64,000 nucleotides of DNA from Octopus vulgaris. Lineage: Eukaryota. This document shows, one piece after another, positions 15,405 to 29,790 of the stretch (the first letter of the stretch is position 1; the number at the start of each line of letters is the position of its first letter). The position numbers and the translations under genes are program-made. The stretch is from NCBI GenBank assembly GCA_951406725.2, contig OX597831.1:26784001-26848000 (forward strand), given 5' to 3'. The notes beneath the pieces are model-generated. The model searched no databases, was not told the origin of the DNA, and worked only from the letters and a program-made list of their open reading frames with translations.

Positions 15405-15841
15405 CTAACCAGGCTCATGGGCCCGGTTTCTGTGACGTATGTGTTCCCCCCAGCTGGACGGGACGCCAGTCCATCGCAGCGTTACTCAAGAAACAGGAAG
15501 AGAGAGTGAGAGAAAGTTGTGGCGAAAGAGTACAACACACACACATCGCCCGGTCTTGGAATCGAAATCGCGATTCTCCGACCGCGAGTCCGCTGCCCTA
15601 ACCACTGGGCCATTGCGCCCCCACAAATGCGCCCTTTTAAAGCCTAACCAGGCTCATGGGCCCGGTTTCCCGGTTTCTATGGTGTATGTGTTCCCCCCAG
15701 CTGGACGGGACGCCAGTCCATGCAACGTGAAATGAAGTGTTTTGCTCAAGAACACAACGCGTCGCCCCCGGTCCAGGAACCGAAACCACAATCTTACAAT
15801 CATGGTGCTGACACCCTAACCACTAAGCCACGCGCCTCCAC
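15405..15841 (-). mobile_element. Two adjacent SINEs with different tRNA heads sharing a V-domain-like tail
   Basis: 15405-15624 has the family C head and 15627-15841 has head GGAGGCGCGTGGCTTAGTGGTTAGGG. Both carry (GCG)ATGGACTGGCGTCCCGTCCAG, resembling the V-SINE central domain. Confidence 0.8.
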
Positions 15842-15843
15842 TA

Positions 15844-15994
<151 letters not shown>

Positions 15995-16082
15995 TCCCTT
16001 CTTTCCTGAGCGTCCAATAATACTTTATTTGTTCCACGTCCTTGCGTTGTTGTTTTTTGTTTTTGTTTTCTTGTTTGGATTA

Positions 16083-16175
<93 letters not shown>

Positions 16176-16197
16176 ACATATATATATATATACATAC

Positions 16198-16244
<47 letters not shown>

Positions 16245-16574
16245 CATACATATATATACCAAATACATATGAATGTATGTATGCTTGTGTGTAGGTGTGT
16301 TTGTGTGTGCGCGCGCTTGTGTGTATGTCTACAAAAATAAAGAATCGACAACTCGTAAGGAGAAACATCAGAACAGACCATCGTCACAGTCTATTACACA
16401 GCATTATTGTAGTGGAGATTTCTCCCGTCCGTCATGAATAATGTTCAAACACAATCGCACACACATACACTCTCTCTCACACACACACACACACACACAT
16501 ACATACGCACGCACAGAGAAATGCATACACATAGGTATACTGTTATACATAAGTATTTATATATATATATATAT

Positions 16575-16830
16575 TGAGTCGAAACAGGGGCAGCTGATGA
16601 AGGGGAATATTCCTTGTATTGTTTGTCTTGTACTCTGTTTTTTCGTTGTTAAAAAAAAATCCATTTCCTTGTTTGATTTTATGTTTTCGTTTCTCGTTGT
16701 GTTCTACGTTTATTTGTGGTGTCCTGTACTCACATATATATATATATATATATATGCATGTATATATACATATAGATATAGGTATGTACATATATGTATG
16801 TATGTATGTATGCATATATTTTATTTGTTA
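16575..16830 (+). mobile_element. Short repeat family E (probable PLE-dependent element)
   Basis: CTGATGAAGGGGAATATTCCTTG..GTCCTGTAC..GTATGTACATATATG. Related copies lie at 30758-31050 (-), 39465-39753 (+), 40030-40185 (-), 53545-53760 (-) and 61490-61745 (-). Confidence 0.7.
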
Positions 16831-17861
16831 AATTGTTATATATATATATATATATATATATGTAGCTGTATGAATATGTACACACACATATATGTACGCA
16901 TATACACCCACACATTAGATTTCACTAATATGTGTGTGGATATGTTTGTGCTTAGAATGGATAAGTGTATATAGTCACAGGCATGACTGTGTGGTTCAGA
17001 AGTTTACTTTGTTACCAAGTGGTTTTTGGTTCGGTCCCACTTCGCACCACCTTGGACCAGTGCTTACTTCCATACCCCGCGGGCCAACGAATGCCTTTCA
17101 TGTGAATTTAGTGGGCCGGAATTGTGGAAGACCGTCCTCATATACATACGTACATGCATACATAGATAGACACGCACACACATACACACAGAAATACATA
17201 CATACACACATACGTACATATACACACACGCGCACATACATATGTATAGACATACATATATACATAGAAACACACATACATATGTGTCTGTGTTTTTGTC
17301 CCTATGTTGATCTCCCCTTACAGCTTGACGATCACTGTTGGTTTGTTTACGTCCCTGCCACTTAAAGGTCCAGCACAAGTGACTGATAGAACAAATGACA
17401 GACTTCCAAAAAGGCTCTTCAAGGCAGTGCCCCAGTATGGCAGTAGTCTTATGACTGAAACAAGTAAACCAAAAGAGGTAAAATATATTTTTACTTATAT
17501 TTATATAAACGTTTCTACCTATGTACACACATACATATATACACATACATACATACATACATACATACATACATACATACATACATACATACATACATAC
17601 ACATACACACACATTACATACATACACACGGACGTCGCACACGCACGCGCACACATACATACATATGTACAGACATACATACACACATACATAGGTATCT
17701 GATTTTTGTTCCCTTACCGCTTGACAGTGTCGGTTTGTTTACGTCCCTGCAACTTAATATATATATATATTATTTTTTTAATCTTTTATTTTATCTAGTT
17801 TCAGCTCACGAGCTGTGGCCATGCTTAGGAGGCTAGTAATTTATCCATTGGATACATAGAA

Positions 17862-17917
<56 letters not shown>

Positions 17918-17929
17918 TTTTTTTTCTTT

Positions 17930-18240
17930 TTATTTGTTTTCAGTCATTAGACTGCGGTCCTGCTGGAGCACTGCCTTTACTCGAACAAATCGACCCCAGG
18001 ACTTATTCTTCGTTAGCCTAGCACTTATTCTATCGTTGACTTTTGCCGAACCGCTAAGTTTAGGGGAACTTAGACACACCGACATCGGTTATCAAGCGAT
18101 GGTAGTGGTGGTGGTGGTGGTGGTGGTGGTGGTAGTGGATGGGTCAAACGCAGACACACAAACATATACATTTATTCATATATATATACGACGGGCTTTT
18201 TTCAGTTTCCGTCTACCAAATCCACTCATAAGGTTTTGGT
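17930..18240 (-). mobile_element. SINE family A, 5'-truncated, with (GGT)n expansion
   Basis: Matches the family A body and tail. Confidence 0.8.
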
Positions 18241-18341
18241 ATATATATATAATATATATATATGTGTGTGTGTGTGTGTGCATGTACACATATACATACA
18301 TACACACTGACTGATAGACACACATACACACACACACATAC

Positions 18342-18409
<68 letters not shown>

Positions 18410-18684
18410 ACACATGTATATATTATATACACCTATGTATATATGCATGCGTGTTCGTATATTTATACGTAAGATATATATAAATTGTACATGTATATGG
18501 GTGTCCTTGTGCGCGCGCGCACACATATAGCACAAGCCAATACAGTATAAATACAATATAAATACAATAATAATGAAATACAAAATCGATATGCCACATG
18601 TGCACTTACAGAACTATTTCTGTCTTTATATTCCTCACTAAGTAACCCTCTCCATTTATATTAAATATTCGAACAAAATCACAG

Positions 18685-18693
18685 TGAGTAGTA

Positions 18694-18761
<68 letters not shown>

Positions 18762-18762
18762 C

Positions 18763-18823
<61 letters not shown>

Positions 18824-19853
18824 AAATTGTAGTAGTAAGTCATATGGTATTGGAATAGCCTCGTTATTAAACTGTTTCATGAATGAATGTTTCTGACGTC
18901 ACACAAGTCAGCGACGGTGGGTTGTGGAGGCTGGGCGTTGCATGGAAATATGACAGCAGCTACAAGAGGCGGAGGAGGAGGAGGAGGAGAATATGAAGAA
19001 GAAGAAGAAGAAGAAGAAGAAGAAGAAGAAGAAGAAGAAGAAGAAGAAGAAGAAGAAGAAGATGATGATGATGAAGAGGAGAAAGAAGAAACAAAAGAAT
19101 CAAAAGAAGAAATAATGATTTCAAGAAGAAGATTATGAGGATGATGAAGAAAAAGGGGAAGAACGAAGAAAAAAGAAAAAAGAAGTAGAGAAAGGAGATA
19201 AAGGAGGAAAGGATGATGAAGAAGTAAAAGAAGAAAAGGAGAAAAAAGATTGAGGAGAAAAAAAGAAGAAAACGTGAATAATAACGATGATAATAATGAT
19301 TTCAAATATTGGCCAGTAATGTCAGGGGAGGGGTAAGTTGATTACATCGACCCTGGTATTTGACTGGTATTTAATGTATCGACTCCGAAAGGATTAAAGG
19401 CAAATTTGACCTCGATTTCAAGTTTTAGCTCAAAGAAGAGCAATTCCGTGGGAGTGAGTTGATTGCATCGATTGGTATTTATTTTATCAACCTCGAAAGG
19501 ATGAAATGCTGAGTCTACTGCGGAAGACGAAGGAGGAGGAGGAGAAGAAGAAGAAGAAGAAGAAGAAGAAGAAGAAGAAGAAGAAGAAGAAGAAGAAGAA
19601 GAAGAAGAAGAAGAAGAAGAAGAAGAAGAAGAAGAAGAAGAAGAAGAAGAAGAAGAAGAAGAAGAAGAAGAAGAAGAAGAAGAAGAAGAAGAAGAAGAAG
19701 AAGACAGATGAAGAAGAAGAAGAAGAAGAAGAAGAAGAAGAAGAAGAAGAAGAAGAAGAAGAAGAAGAAGAAGAAGAAGAAGAAGAAGAAGAAGGAGAAG
19801 AAGAAGAAGAAGAAGAAGAAGAAGAAGAAGAAGAAGAAGAAGAAGAAGAAGGA
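18685..19853. repeat. Trinucleotide microsatellite cluster: (TAG)n 18685-18822, (GAA)n ~18995-19060 and ~19542-19850
   Basis: Direct tandem runs, interleaved with SINE B fragments. Confidence 0.97.
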
Positions 19854-19856
19854 TAA

Positions 19857-20072
19857 TGGTTTCAAATTTTGCCAAAAGGGCTGCTGCAATTTGGGGGAGA
19901 GGATGAGTCGATTACATCGACCCCAGTGTTTCAACTGGTACTAATTTTATCGACCCCGAAAGGATGAGAGGCAAAGTCGACCTCGGCGGAATTTGAACTC
20001 AGAACGTGAAGACAAATGAAATGCCGCTAAGCATTTTGTCCGGCATGCTAACGATTCTGCCATCTCGCCGCC
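19857..20072 (-). mobile_element. SINE family B (second tail type)
   Basis: ATCGACCCCGAAAGGATGAGAGGCAAAGTCGACCTCGGCGGAATTTGAACTCAGAACGT on the + strand. Confidence 0.85.
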
Positions 20073-20108
20073 TTATCAATGATGATGATAATAATAATAA
20101 TAATAATA

Positions 20109-20172
<64 letters not shown>

Positions 20173-20445
20173 GTGGAATCTAAAAACAGAAACAATTCCT
20201 ATCATAGTAGGTGCATTAGGCATGATAAAAAAAATATTCAGACAAATACATAACAAAAAACCCAGGACTTACAAACACATATAACATACAGAAAATTGCA
20301 CAACTAGGCACTGCACACATCCTACGCAGAACACTTTCCATACAATAACCATCAGAGCATCACAACAAATCACAGCACATACCCAAGGCACACAGAGCTG
20401 CGCTCGGTAGTGAAGTGAAAGCACACTATAAAAATAAAACTACTG
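20173..20445 (+). mobile_element. 3' end of an R4/Dong-clade non-LTR retrotransposon inserted in (TAA)n
   Basis: WNLKTETIPIIVGALGMIKK / YSDKYITK..IQKIAQLGTAHILRRTLSIQ* (one frameshift), typical of the R4/Dong C-terminus. (AAT)n lies on both sides. Confidence 0.8.
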
Positions 20446-20889
20446 AATAATAATAATAATAATCGTGAGGTATAAGGTCGCCAGTTTTAGAGTTAGAAGG
20501 TTAGTCGATACCATCGACCCTAGTACAGGATTGGTACTAGGCAAAATTGATATCGGAGTGAGTTGAACACAGAACGTACAGAAATGGAAGAAACTCTGCT
20601 AAGCATTTTAGCCGACGCTCAAACGATTCAGCCAACATGTCGCTCTTAATGGTTTCTGATTTAGGGACAAAGTCAGTAATTCTTTGGGGACGCCGAAAGA
20701 ATGAAAGACAACGTTGACGCCGGCTGGATTTCAACCTGGAATGCAAAGTGGCGGGAGTATTCACCGAAGGCATTTTCTCGTGATAAAAAGTTCCACGTGA
20801 AATACACTACAACACAGACACGCACTCACCAGCATACATATAAACACACACACACAAACTCACGCAAACTTTCACACACAGTCAGCGAG

Positions 20890-21765
20890 TGAACCTCATT
20901 GATCAGGTATCAATTAATGACAGCTCGGCGGATTGATTGGTTGACCATAGTGAGACTGAGGCACATTGATCTAGTGACAGCTCGATAACGTGATTGTTGA
21001 ACTGTGGTCCGAGACTGAATTACGAGGAGGTGTTCATTAAAGATTTCCCCTGACCCACTTCAGGTTATTGCAGGAAACGTAACTTGTACAGGTATAATCA
21101 TACATGTCTCTACATGTTACATTGTAAATTGCAGCTTTCCACTAGAATTCGTTTGTCTTTTACAGCTGTTGAAGTGGACTAGACCTGGTACCAGTTACTT
21201 AGAGCTAGATGGACTGATTGGTAAAAAAGGTGGTCTGAGTTAATCTGGTATCACTGACAGCTCGATGGACCGATTAGTGAGCAGTGGTCTAACACTGAGC
21301 AACGTTAATCTGGTATGAATGACTGATGGCTCGGTGGACTGACTGATGGTCTGTGGTTTGATATTGAACTACACTGACAGCTAGTGGGACTGATTAGTGA
21401 ACCATGGCCTGGGACCAATCTGGCATCAGTTGCTGACAGCTTGGTAGCTTGATCCGTGACCTGTACTCTGAGATTGAACAACGTTTATCGGGTTCCTATT
21501 ACTACTTGCTAAGTGGACTGTTTAGTGGCCTGAGATCTGAGACAGAAGAACATTGATCTGATATCAGTAACACACAGTTAGGTAGACTGATCGGTTTACC
21601 GTAGTCTGATACTGAACTACAATCACTTATTGACAGTTACGTAAATTGATAAGATGGTAGTGATCTGAGACTGAACAACATTGATCTGGTTTTAATTATT
21701 GATAACTGTGTGAGATGTTTACGGGTCTCTGGTCCTAGAGAGAGGCACGTTGATCTGCTACCATT
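20890..21765. repeat. Old, diverged minisatellite of ~60-69-bp units, about 11 copies
   Basis: Recurring CTGAACAACATTGATCTGGTATCAATTACTGACAGCTCGGTGGACTGATTAGTGACCTGTGGTCTGAGA-like unit (consensus by eye). Confidence 0.8.
21021..21180 (+). mobile_element. Mariner-like terminal fragment interrupting the minisatellite
   Basis: Begins TA|CGAGGAGGTGTTCATTAAAG, resembling mariner TIRs, and breaks the periodicity of the array. Confidence 0.5.
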
Positions 21766-21845
21766 TCAAAGTACATGTTATATATTACAATATGCTATAT
21801 TACATTAAATGATACAATACTATACAATATTTCATATCACACTAA

Positions 21846-22370
21846 GGTGGCGAGCTGGCAGAATCGTTAGCACGATGGGCAAAATACTAAGTGGCATTTT
21901 GTCTATATTTACGTTCTGAGTTCAAATTCCACCGAGATCGACTTTGACTTTCATCCTTTCGGGGTCGATAAAATAAGTACCAGTTGAGCTCTGGAGTCGA
22001 TGAAACACACTAGCCTCTCCACCGAGATTGCAGGCTTTGTGCCAAAATTTGAAACTATTTTATAACACTACATTGAACAACCTTATAAACTATACTACAT
22101 TATATTACACAATTCTAAGACGGCGAGCTGGCAGAAACGTAGAAACGTTAGCACGCCGGGCGAAATGCTTAGCGGTGTTTCGTCTGTCTTTACGTTCTGA
22201 GTTCAAATTCCGCCGAGGTCGATTTGCCTTTCATCCTTTCGGGGTGGATTAAATAAGTACCAGTTACGCACTGTGGTCGATCTATTCGACTTAATCCGTT
22301 TGTCTGTCCTTGTTTGTCCTCTCTGTGGGTAGTAAAGAAATAAGTATTTCGTCTACCCTTACGTTCTGAG
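21846..22370 (+). mobile_element. Two SINE family B copies (21846-22057; 22099-22370, the latter a partial dimer)
   Basis: GGCGAGCTGGCAGAA heads and GCCTTTCATCCTTTCGGGGT-type core. Confidence 0.85.
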
Positions 22371-22913
22371 AAACAATGGATAATGTAAGCTGGGAAACGA
22401 CGAGATGGTCGAGGGTGGAATATTTCTAATCATAGTTCAGCTCGACCTATGTAACCTACAGTAGTAATAGCAAAAACAACAACAACAATGCAAGCAACAA
22501 GTACAATAATAACAGCGACTTGCAGAAAAACACCACAAACAACAATAACACCAGAAACGACTAATTTTAATTATAACTAAAGAAGAACAAGAAAGATTCA
22601 CAGTAAGCAGACGACAATCGGTAAGGGAGAACAGACGACGCCTTAAATCATGACGACCGACTGTAATATGAACGCCGTATACTGCTGACCAAACTGTAAA
22701 TGAGAAGTGTCGAGAGAAATGTGAAACGGCGTGGGTGTTACGAAAACATGCAGTCAAGGACAGCCGGCTGATATTTATAATAGAACAGAAGCGTTGAAGA
22801 AAATCGATTACAGATCAATAGCTCTGACAGTGCAAGTGCCATATTTAACAAGTCATCTCCTCTTTCTCTCTCTCTCTCTCTCGCCCTCTCATTCTTTCTC
22901 ACTCACTATATAT

Positions 22914-22997
<84 letters not shown>

Positions 22998-23006
22998 CAT
23001 ATACAT

Positions 23007-23111
<105 letters not shown>

Positions 23112-23138
23112 GTGTGTGTGTGTATGTACACACACACA

Positions 23139-23179
<41 letters not shown>

Positions 23180-23194
23180 ACTCTCTCTCTTTCA

Positions 23195-23225
<31 letters not shown>

Positions 23226-23443
23226 TGTCCCGTTCCTTGCGATCTCTCGTTGCCTATTATCACAATTTTCCGCTTATATTTGTCCACCAACAGATTATTG
23301 CAACCGACCAACCGGTCCGCCGACCTCACACAACGTCTTCATTAGCGGCTTTAATTGGCTTCTACTCTTCCTGATTTGTTCTACACTTTTTAATTCACAC
23401 CCACCCACCTTAATACAAGCATACATACACGCAAGCACACACC

Positions 23444-23474
<31 letters not shown>

Positions 23475-23496
23475 TGTATGTATGTATGTATGTATA

Positions 23497-23603
<107 letters not shown>

Positions 23604-23777
23604 GTATGTGTATATATATATATATATATGCATACATACATACATACATATAGCAATTTCACTGATTTCTGTAATACGGATAAAAGGAAGTCTTTTGAAA
23701 TTATGTTTTGTTTTTAAACCGCATACATACATACACATAAATATATATACACATACATATATACATACAGATAGATA

Positions 23778-23990
23778 GATAGATGTGTGTGTGTGTGCGC
23801 GCGTATTTATATACACCTTCATGCATACATACATACATACATACATACATACATACATACATACATACATACATACATACATACATACATACAGACATAC
23901 ATCCCCATCTTCTCTTTGTGTAGAAGAGCGTGGGCTTAAAATCCTAAAGACTTCTTCCATTCTTTAATACACATACATATATACATACAT

Positions 23991-24032
<42 letters not shown>

Positions 24033-24107
24033 GGATGGATGGATGGATGGATGGATGGATGGATGGATGGATGGATGGATTGATGGATGGATGGATCGAT
24101 AGATAGA

Positions 24108-24138
<31 letters not shown>

Positions 24139-24156
24139 GTAGGTAGGTAGGTATAT

Positions 24157-24219
<63 letters not shown>

Positions 24220-24385
24220 GCGTGTGTGTGCGCGCAAGTATTTATATACACCTTCATGCATACATAGATACATACATACATACATACATACATACATACA
24301 TACATACATACATACATACATACATCCTCATCTTTCCTTTCTGTAGAAGAGCGTGGGCTTAAAATGCTAAAGACTTCTTCCATTT
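23778..24385 (+). repeat. Direct duplication (~23778-23962 and ~24213-24383), each ending in a degenerate minimal hammerhead of family J
   Basis: Both copies have ATTTATATACACCTTCATGCATAC..CTTT(C/G)TGTAGAAGAGCGTGGGCTTAAAAT.CTAAAGACTTCTTCCATT. Confidence 0.75.
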
Positions 24386-24781
24386 TTTCCTTTTTTATCC
24401 GTAAAAAAGGGGGGAAATACAACTCAAGAACGTTCTAGTCAGTTTTTCACCGAAACACAGGACCACGTTTCGTTCCCCCTCTCACCATCATTCTGATTAT
24501 TGACAACGTGATAATACTTAATTTAATACCCAATAATATCCTCCAGTAAATGGGGGAAGATGCCTCATATATTATAAAGTCCATCTATACTGTAACCAGT
24601 GAAACTGAGTGAAGCAGTATTAGTGAAGAACATCCCGTCAGCAACATATTGTTCGTGACGTAACTGGCAGAGGTAAATAAAATGGAATAAAACACAGTAG
24701 CATGCTTTGATAATTGTCTTGTTAGTATTCTAAGATCAGTTCTGAGATCTGAAGGCTTTATAATTACACAAAGGTCTCTAA

Positions 24782-24955
24782 GGCATAGGAGTGGCTGTGT
24801 GGTAAGTAGCTTGCTTACGAACCACATGGTTCCGGGTTCAGTCCCACTGCGTGGGAACCCTGGGCAAGTATCTTCTACTATAGCCTTGGGCAGACCAAAG
24901 CCTTGTGAGTGGATTTGGTAGACGGAAACTGAAAGAAGCCCGTCTTATTTATGTA

Positions 24956-25016
<61 letters not shown>

Positions 25017-25160
25017 ATGTTTGTGTGTCTGTGTTTGTGCCCCCCCCCAACATCGCTTGACAACCGTTGCTATTGTGTTTACATCCCCATAACTTAGCGG
25101 TTCGGCATAGAGACCGATAGAATAAATACTAGGCTTACAAAGAATAAGTCCTGGGGTCGA
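24782..25160 (+). mobile_element. SINE family A
   Basis: GGCATAGGAGTGGCTGTGTGGTAAGTAGC head through GGGGTCGAT, with internal (TA)n. Confidence 0.9.
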
Positions 25161-25199
25161 TATATATATATACTCAGGCCTATTCCTCATTTTTTCTAG

Positions 25200-25830
25200 G
25201 AGTGTGTAGCCACAACAAGACGCACATCAGGCATGCCATTCATTTCCCAGCTCAAGGAGGCGAGCCTTTTTTATGCTCGGGTCAAGGCATCGAACGCAAC
25301 CCCCAATATCAGCAGCGGGGCCTGACAGCATATGCTGGTCTACCCCCCCCCGCATCATGCTGGTTCCGTACTCCTTTGAGCAACTTCAAATCCACTCATC
25401 CATCCACATTCACTCTCCAAGCTTTCCTATCATTTATAAACTCTCTTGCCAATCTCACTCCAGCACCTCTAACCACCAAAGCTTTACTCACTCCATCCAA
25501 CCACACGAACCGAGGTCTACCTCAGCTTCTGCTGCCTACCACTTCAGCCTTCAGCATCCTCCTTACAATCCGCTCTTCATCCATCCTGTACATCTGGCCA
25601 AACCACCTCAAACATTTCGTCTACCCAATTTTGTTGATAGTTTTTCTCTCGTTCCTGTTCGTCTTCGCACCTTCTCATTCTTCATCCAGTCCATCCATGT
25701 CACACGTCTCTGCACCATATAACATTGTCGGCACAATCACGCCCTCATACACATCTCTTTTCGCTTTCACAACTCCAAGTATCTTACTTCCCTCCCTCTC
25801 TCTGTATTCCACCTCCTCTAACATCTCACC
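25200..25830 (-). mobile_element. RTE-clade LINE 3' fragment (decayed ORF plus 3' UTR)
   Basis: Minus-strand translation KAKREVYEGVIVPTMLYGAET..RWFGQMYRMDEERIVRRML..GRPRFVWLDGV..DRKAWR, the typical RTE post-RT C-terminus, with stops. Confidence 0.8.
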
Positions 25831-27429
25831 ATTTATAAAAAAAATAATGATACTGGTCTTTATTAATCAAAGACAACATGGAAGAAAGAAGAATTGTATT
25901 GATGCCAACTTAATCTTGTTTTCTCATCAATAAAGGAGGGGGGGAGGATATATAGATATTTTTATTTTGCTGTGGGCGGGGGTGGGGGAAGGGGAAGAAT
26001 TTTGATTTTTGATATTTACACAACCAGTGTCTTACAGGCACAAGCGTTGCTATGTGGTAAGAAGCTTCCTTCCCAACCACATGGTTTCAGGTTCAATCCC
26101 ACTGAGTGTTTCTACTTTAGCCTCGGGCCTAACAAAGCCTTGTGAGTGGATTTGGCGGACGAAAACCGAGAGAAGCCCTCGTGAGTATCTCTTATGATAA
26201 AAGGCAGATTTTCTCTGCCTCCCAAACCGTTCGTTTTTTATACAATTCTACAATATAGAATTTCTTCAATTGGAATTTACCTATCATTTTTACAAGTAGA
26301 TTCCATCGGGTTATGGCATGTAAAGTTTTTTTCAATTTCACCCCAATTAAGCAAAAATTCGAGAAAAGTAAATATTTTACGATTTCCCTCTTTCATTTCA
26401 AGTGCTTCACTCCTACCATTACCACTACACTTTCTCCTCCTTTCTCTTTGCAAGTGTGCAACAATTAAAGTGAAAGTATTTATATAAAAGGGATGAGCAA
26501 TTAATACTGGTCATCCTTTTTGCTAGAAGAAGATCCGCTGTGGTCTTATATGCTACACCACTGGTTTTCAATTCATATTAATCAAATTAATATTCAATTT
26601 TTCACCCTTATTATGTGTGTGTGTATTAGCAATTCGTATAAAATTGCATCAATGACTTGAACTTGAATAAGTGGTTTCACATAAATGGGGATAAATTAAA
26701 AAGGTTTGTTGTTATTATTATTACTGTTTGACTATTGTAATCACGTTTGTTGGTTCCTCGTCAGGGAAACGTTGTTGTGTTGCATTTGTTAAATAATTGT
26801 AAACCGTAACCCTCTCCCTTTCGGAGAAGGGGCTTTGTTATTGTTTAAAAATTGAATTGTGTCCCTGTTTGGGAAAATTGACAATATTTTCACCGTCTTT
26901 ACGGAAGCATTTTTGTTAAAATGCCTTCGATAGAAGAAAGTCGAAAAATAAATTTCGCAGCAGCCGTACACTTCTATACAAGAGGGAGGACAAGATCCAA
27001 TTGATCGAAATTACAAGAGACGGGCCTACAATTCTAGTCTGTTATATATTTTGAGTATTGTTATCACTAGCGATATCAAGATATAACTTTGTAATTTGTA
27101 TTTTATGTGTAGATGTATATATATAGATGTACATGTAATATGTACACATATATATACACATATATACATGCATAATATATCTACCCATACGCACACACAT
27201 ACGCACACACACATGCATAGGGGCAGGTGTGGCTGTGTGGTAACAAACTACGTTCCAAACACATGGTCCTGTGTTCAGTCCCACTGTGTGGTGACTTGGC
27301 ATGTGTCTTCTGCTGTAGCTTCAGACCAACAAAAGCCTTCTCAGTGGATTTTGTACATATATACAGGCATACATACATATATATACATGCATACGTACAT
27401 ATTAGGCATAAACACTCTACCGCTACAAC

Positions 27430-29790
27430 TAATAACTGTTGGGAACACTTTCAAACCTGTCTTACATTCGAACCGGAATCTCAAAAACATTGTCCCCTTC
27501 AGCGCCAAGCTCAACTGCTCTATCCTGACATGGAGGGTATCGGCAATAAAATCTATAACAAAACACTCATTGACGTTGAAGACAGAATTGCTAAACTGGG
27601 TGGAAATGAATTGTCGACGTATGGCCTACCACAAGCATTCAGGTCAGGGTCAAATAGCCTTCCCACTGCTGTCATTCGTGAAACAACCTACGACACTCAA
27701 GCGCTTTCAAAGTACATTGTTGAAAATGAGCCTAAATTACTTCCGGACCAGCTGCAGGCCTACAGAACGCGAGGGACGAATCTTCTTCCTCGATGCTCCT
27801 GGAGGGACAGGAAAAACATTTATTACAAAGCTTCTCCTTTCAGAAGTTAGGTAGCATCAGGACATTGCAGTAGCTGTAGCCTCCTCTGGCATTGCAGCTA
27901 CTTTGTTACCCGGTGGCAGGACAGCACACTCAACTTTTAAACTCCCTCTCAATTTAGCAGCATCCGAAATGCCTTCATGCAGCATCAACAAAAGCTCAGA
28001 TCAGGGACAAGTACTTTAAATGTGTTATGTAATTGTCTGGGATGAGTGCACTATGGCTCACAAGGGAGCTTTGGCAGCATTAGATAGAACCCTGAAAGAC
28101 ATCCGAGACTGTCAGGTTCCAATGGGAGGTGTAACGCTTCTGTTGTCAGGTGATTTCAGGCAAATTCTTCCTGTCATTCCGAAAAGCACTAGAGCTGATG
28201 AAGTTCAAGCATGCCTAAAGTCCTCTACCCTGTGGCATCATGTTACAATCTTTAGTCTCACCACTAACATGAGAGCTCAGCTACACGGCGACAAAATGTC
28301 CACAAAGTTTGCCCAGGACATTTTTGACACTTGGTGAAGGCAAGATGCCTCTCGATGCTGCAGGACAAATGGAAGTGTGGTCATTTTCCTCTGTTGTTAA
28401 TTCTGTAGATGACCTCAAAAACAAAGTCTTTCCCAACTTCACACAAAACTACCAAAATCACAATTGGCTGTGTGAAAGAGCAATATTAGCTCCAAAAAAC
28501 GTCGCTGTTAACAAAATTAATCAACAGCTAATGCATTCTCTTCCCGGCACTATACACACTTACAAGTCTGTTGATACAATTCCAGATATAAATGAAGTTG
28601 TGAACTATCCTCCTGAATTTCTCAATTCACTGGAGCCTCCTCGACTACCTCCACACATATTACCACTTAAAGTTGGAACTCTTGTAATGCTACACCGCAA
28701 TCTGGAACCACCAAGACTTTGCAATGGAACACGACTGGTGATAAAGAAAATGATATCACACGATATCGAGGCGATCATTCTTTCTGGATGTGGAAAAGGT
28801 GATGACGTCTTTATTCCAAGATTTCCTCTTACTCCATCAGGAGCAGAAATTCCATTTACATTCAGAAGACTGCAATTCCCCCTTCGTGTCAGCTTTGCCA
28901 TGTCCATTAACAAATCTCAGGGTCAAACCCTCTCTGTAGCTGGTCTTCTCTTGGAAGAGCCCTGCTTCTCGCATAGGCAACTGTATGTTGGCTGCTCAGG
29001 AGTAGGAACCAAAAGAAACCTTTTTGTATATGCTTTGAACACAAGGAAAAAACAAGGAACATTGTTTACAACGAGGTGTTATAATCTCAACAGCCAGGAG
29101 GTATATACATGATCCCTTCTTTTTTAACAAACTTCATGTACTTTCATGTATTTATATTAATACCAAAATCACAATTGGCTGTGTGAAAGAGCAATATTAG
29201 CTCCAAAAAACGTCGCTGTTAACAAAATTAATCAACAGCTAATGCATTCTCTTTCCGGGACTATACACATTTACAAGTCTGTTGATACAATTCCAGATAT
29301 AAATGAAGTTGTGAACTATCCTCCTGAATTTCTCAATTCACTGGAGCCTCCTCGACTACCTCCACACATATTACCACTTAAAGTTGGAACTCTTGTAATG
29401 CTACACCGCAATCTGAAACCACCAAGACTTTGCAATGGAACACGACTGGTGATAAAGAAAATTATATCACACGATATCGAGGCGATCATTCTTTCTGGAT
29501 GTGGAAAAGGTGATGACGTCTTTATTCCAAGATTTCCTCTTACTCCATCAGGAGCAGAAATTCCATTTACATTCAGAAGACTGCAATTCCCCCTTCGTGT
29601 CAGCTTTGCCATGTCCATTAACAAATCTCAGGGTCAAACCCTCTCTGTAGCTGGTCTTCTCTTGGAAGAGCCCTGCTTCTCGCATAGGCAACTGTATGTT
29701 GGCTGCTCAGGAGTAGGAACCAAAAGAAACCTTTTTGTATATGCTCCACAAGGAAAAACAAGGAACATTGTTTACAACGAGGTGTTATAA
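27430..29790 (+). pseudogene. Helitron RepHel, PIF1-like SF1 helicase region; frameshifted, with duplicated C-terminal half
   Basis: Walker A DAPGGTGKT, ASSGIAATLLPGGRTAHSTF, WDECTM, GDFRQILPV, TNMR, LCNGTRL, QFPLRVSFAMSINKSQGQT. Split across ORFs 27227, 27096, 28020, 28309 and 29242, with a stop at ~27852. Confidence 0.95.

Noticed and set aside
25202-25933. 243-aa + strand ORF as a host gene
   Set aside because: It is the antisense frame of an RTE LINE fragment.
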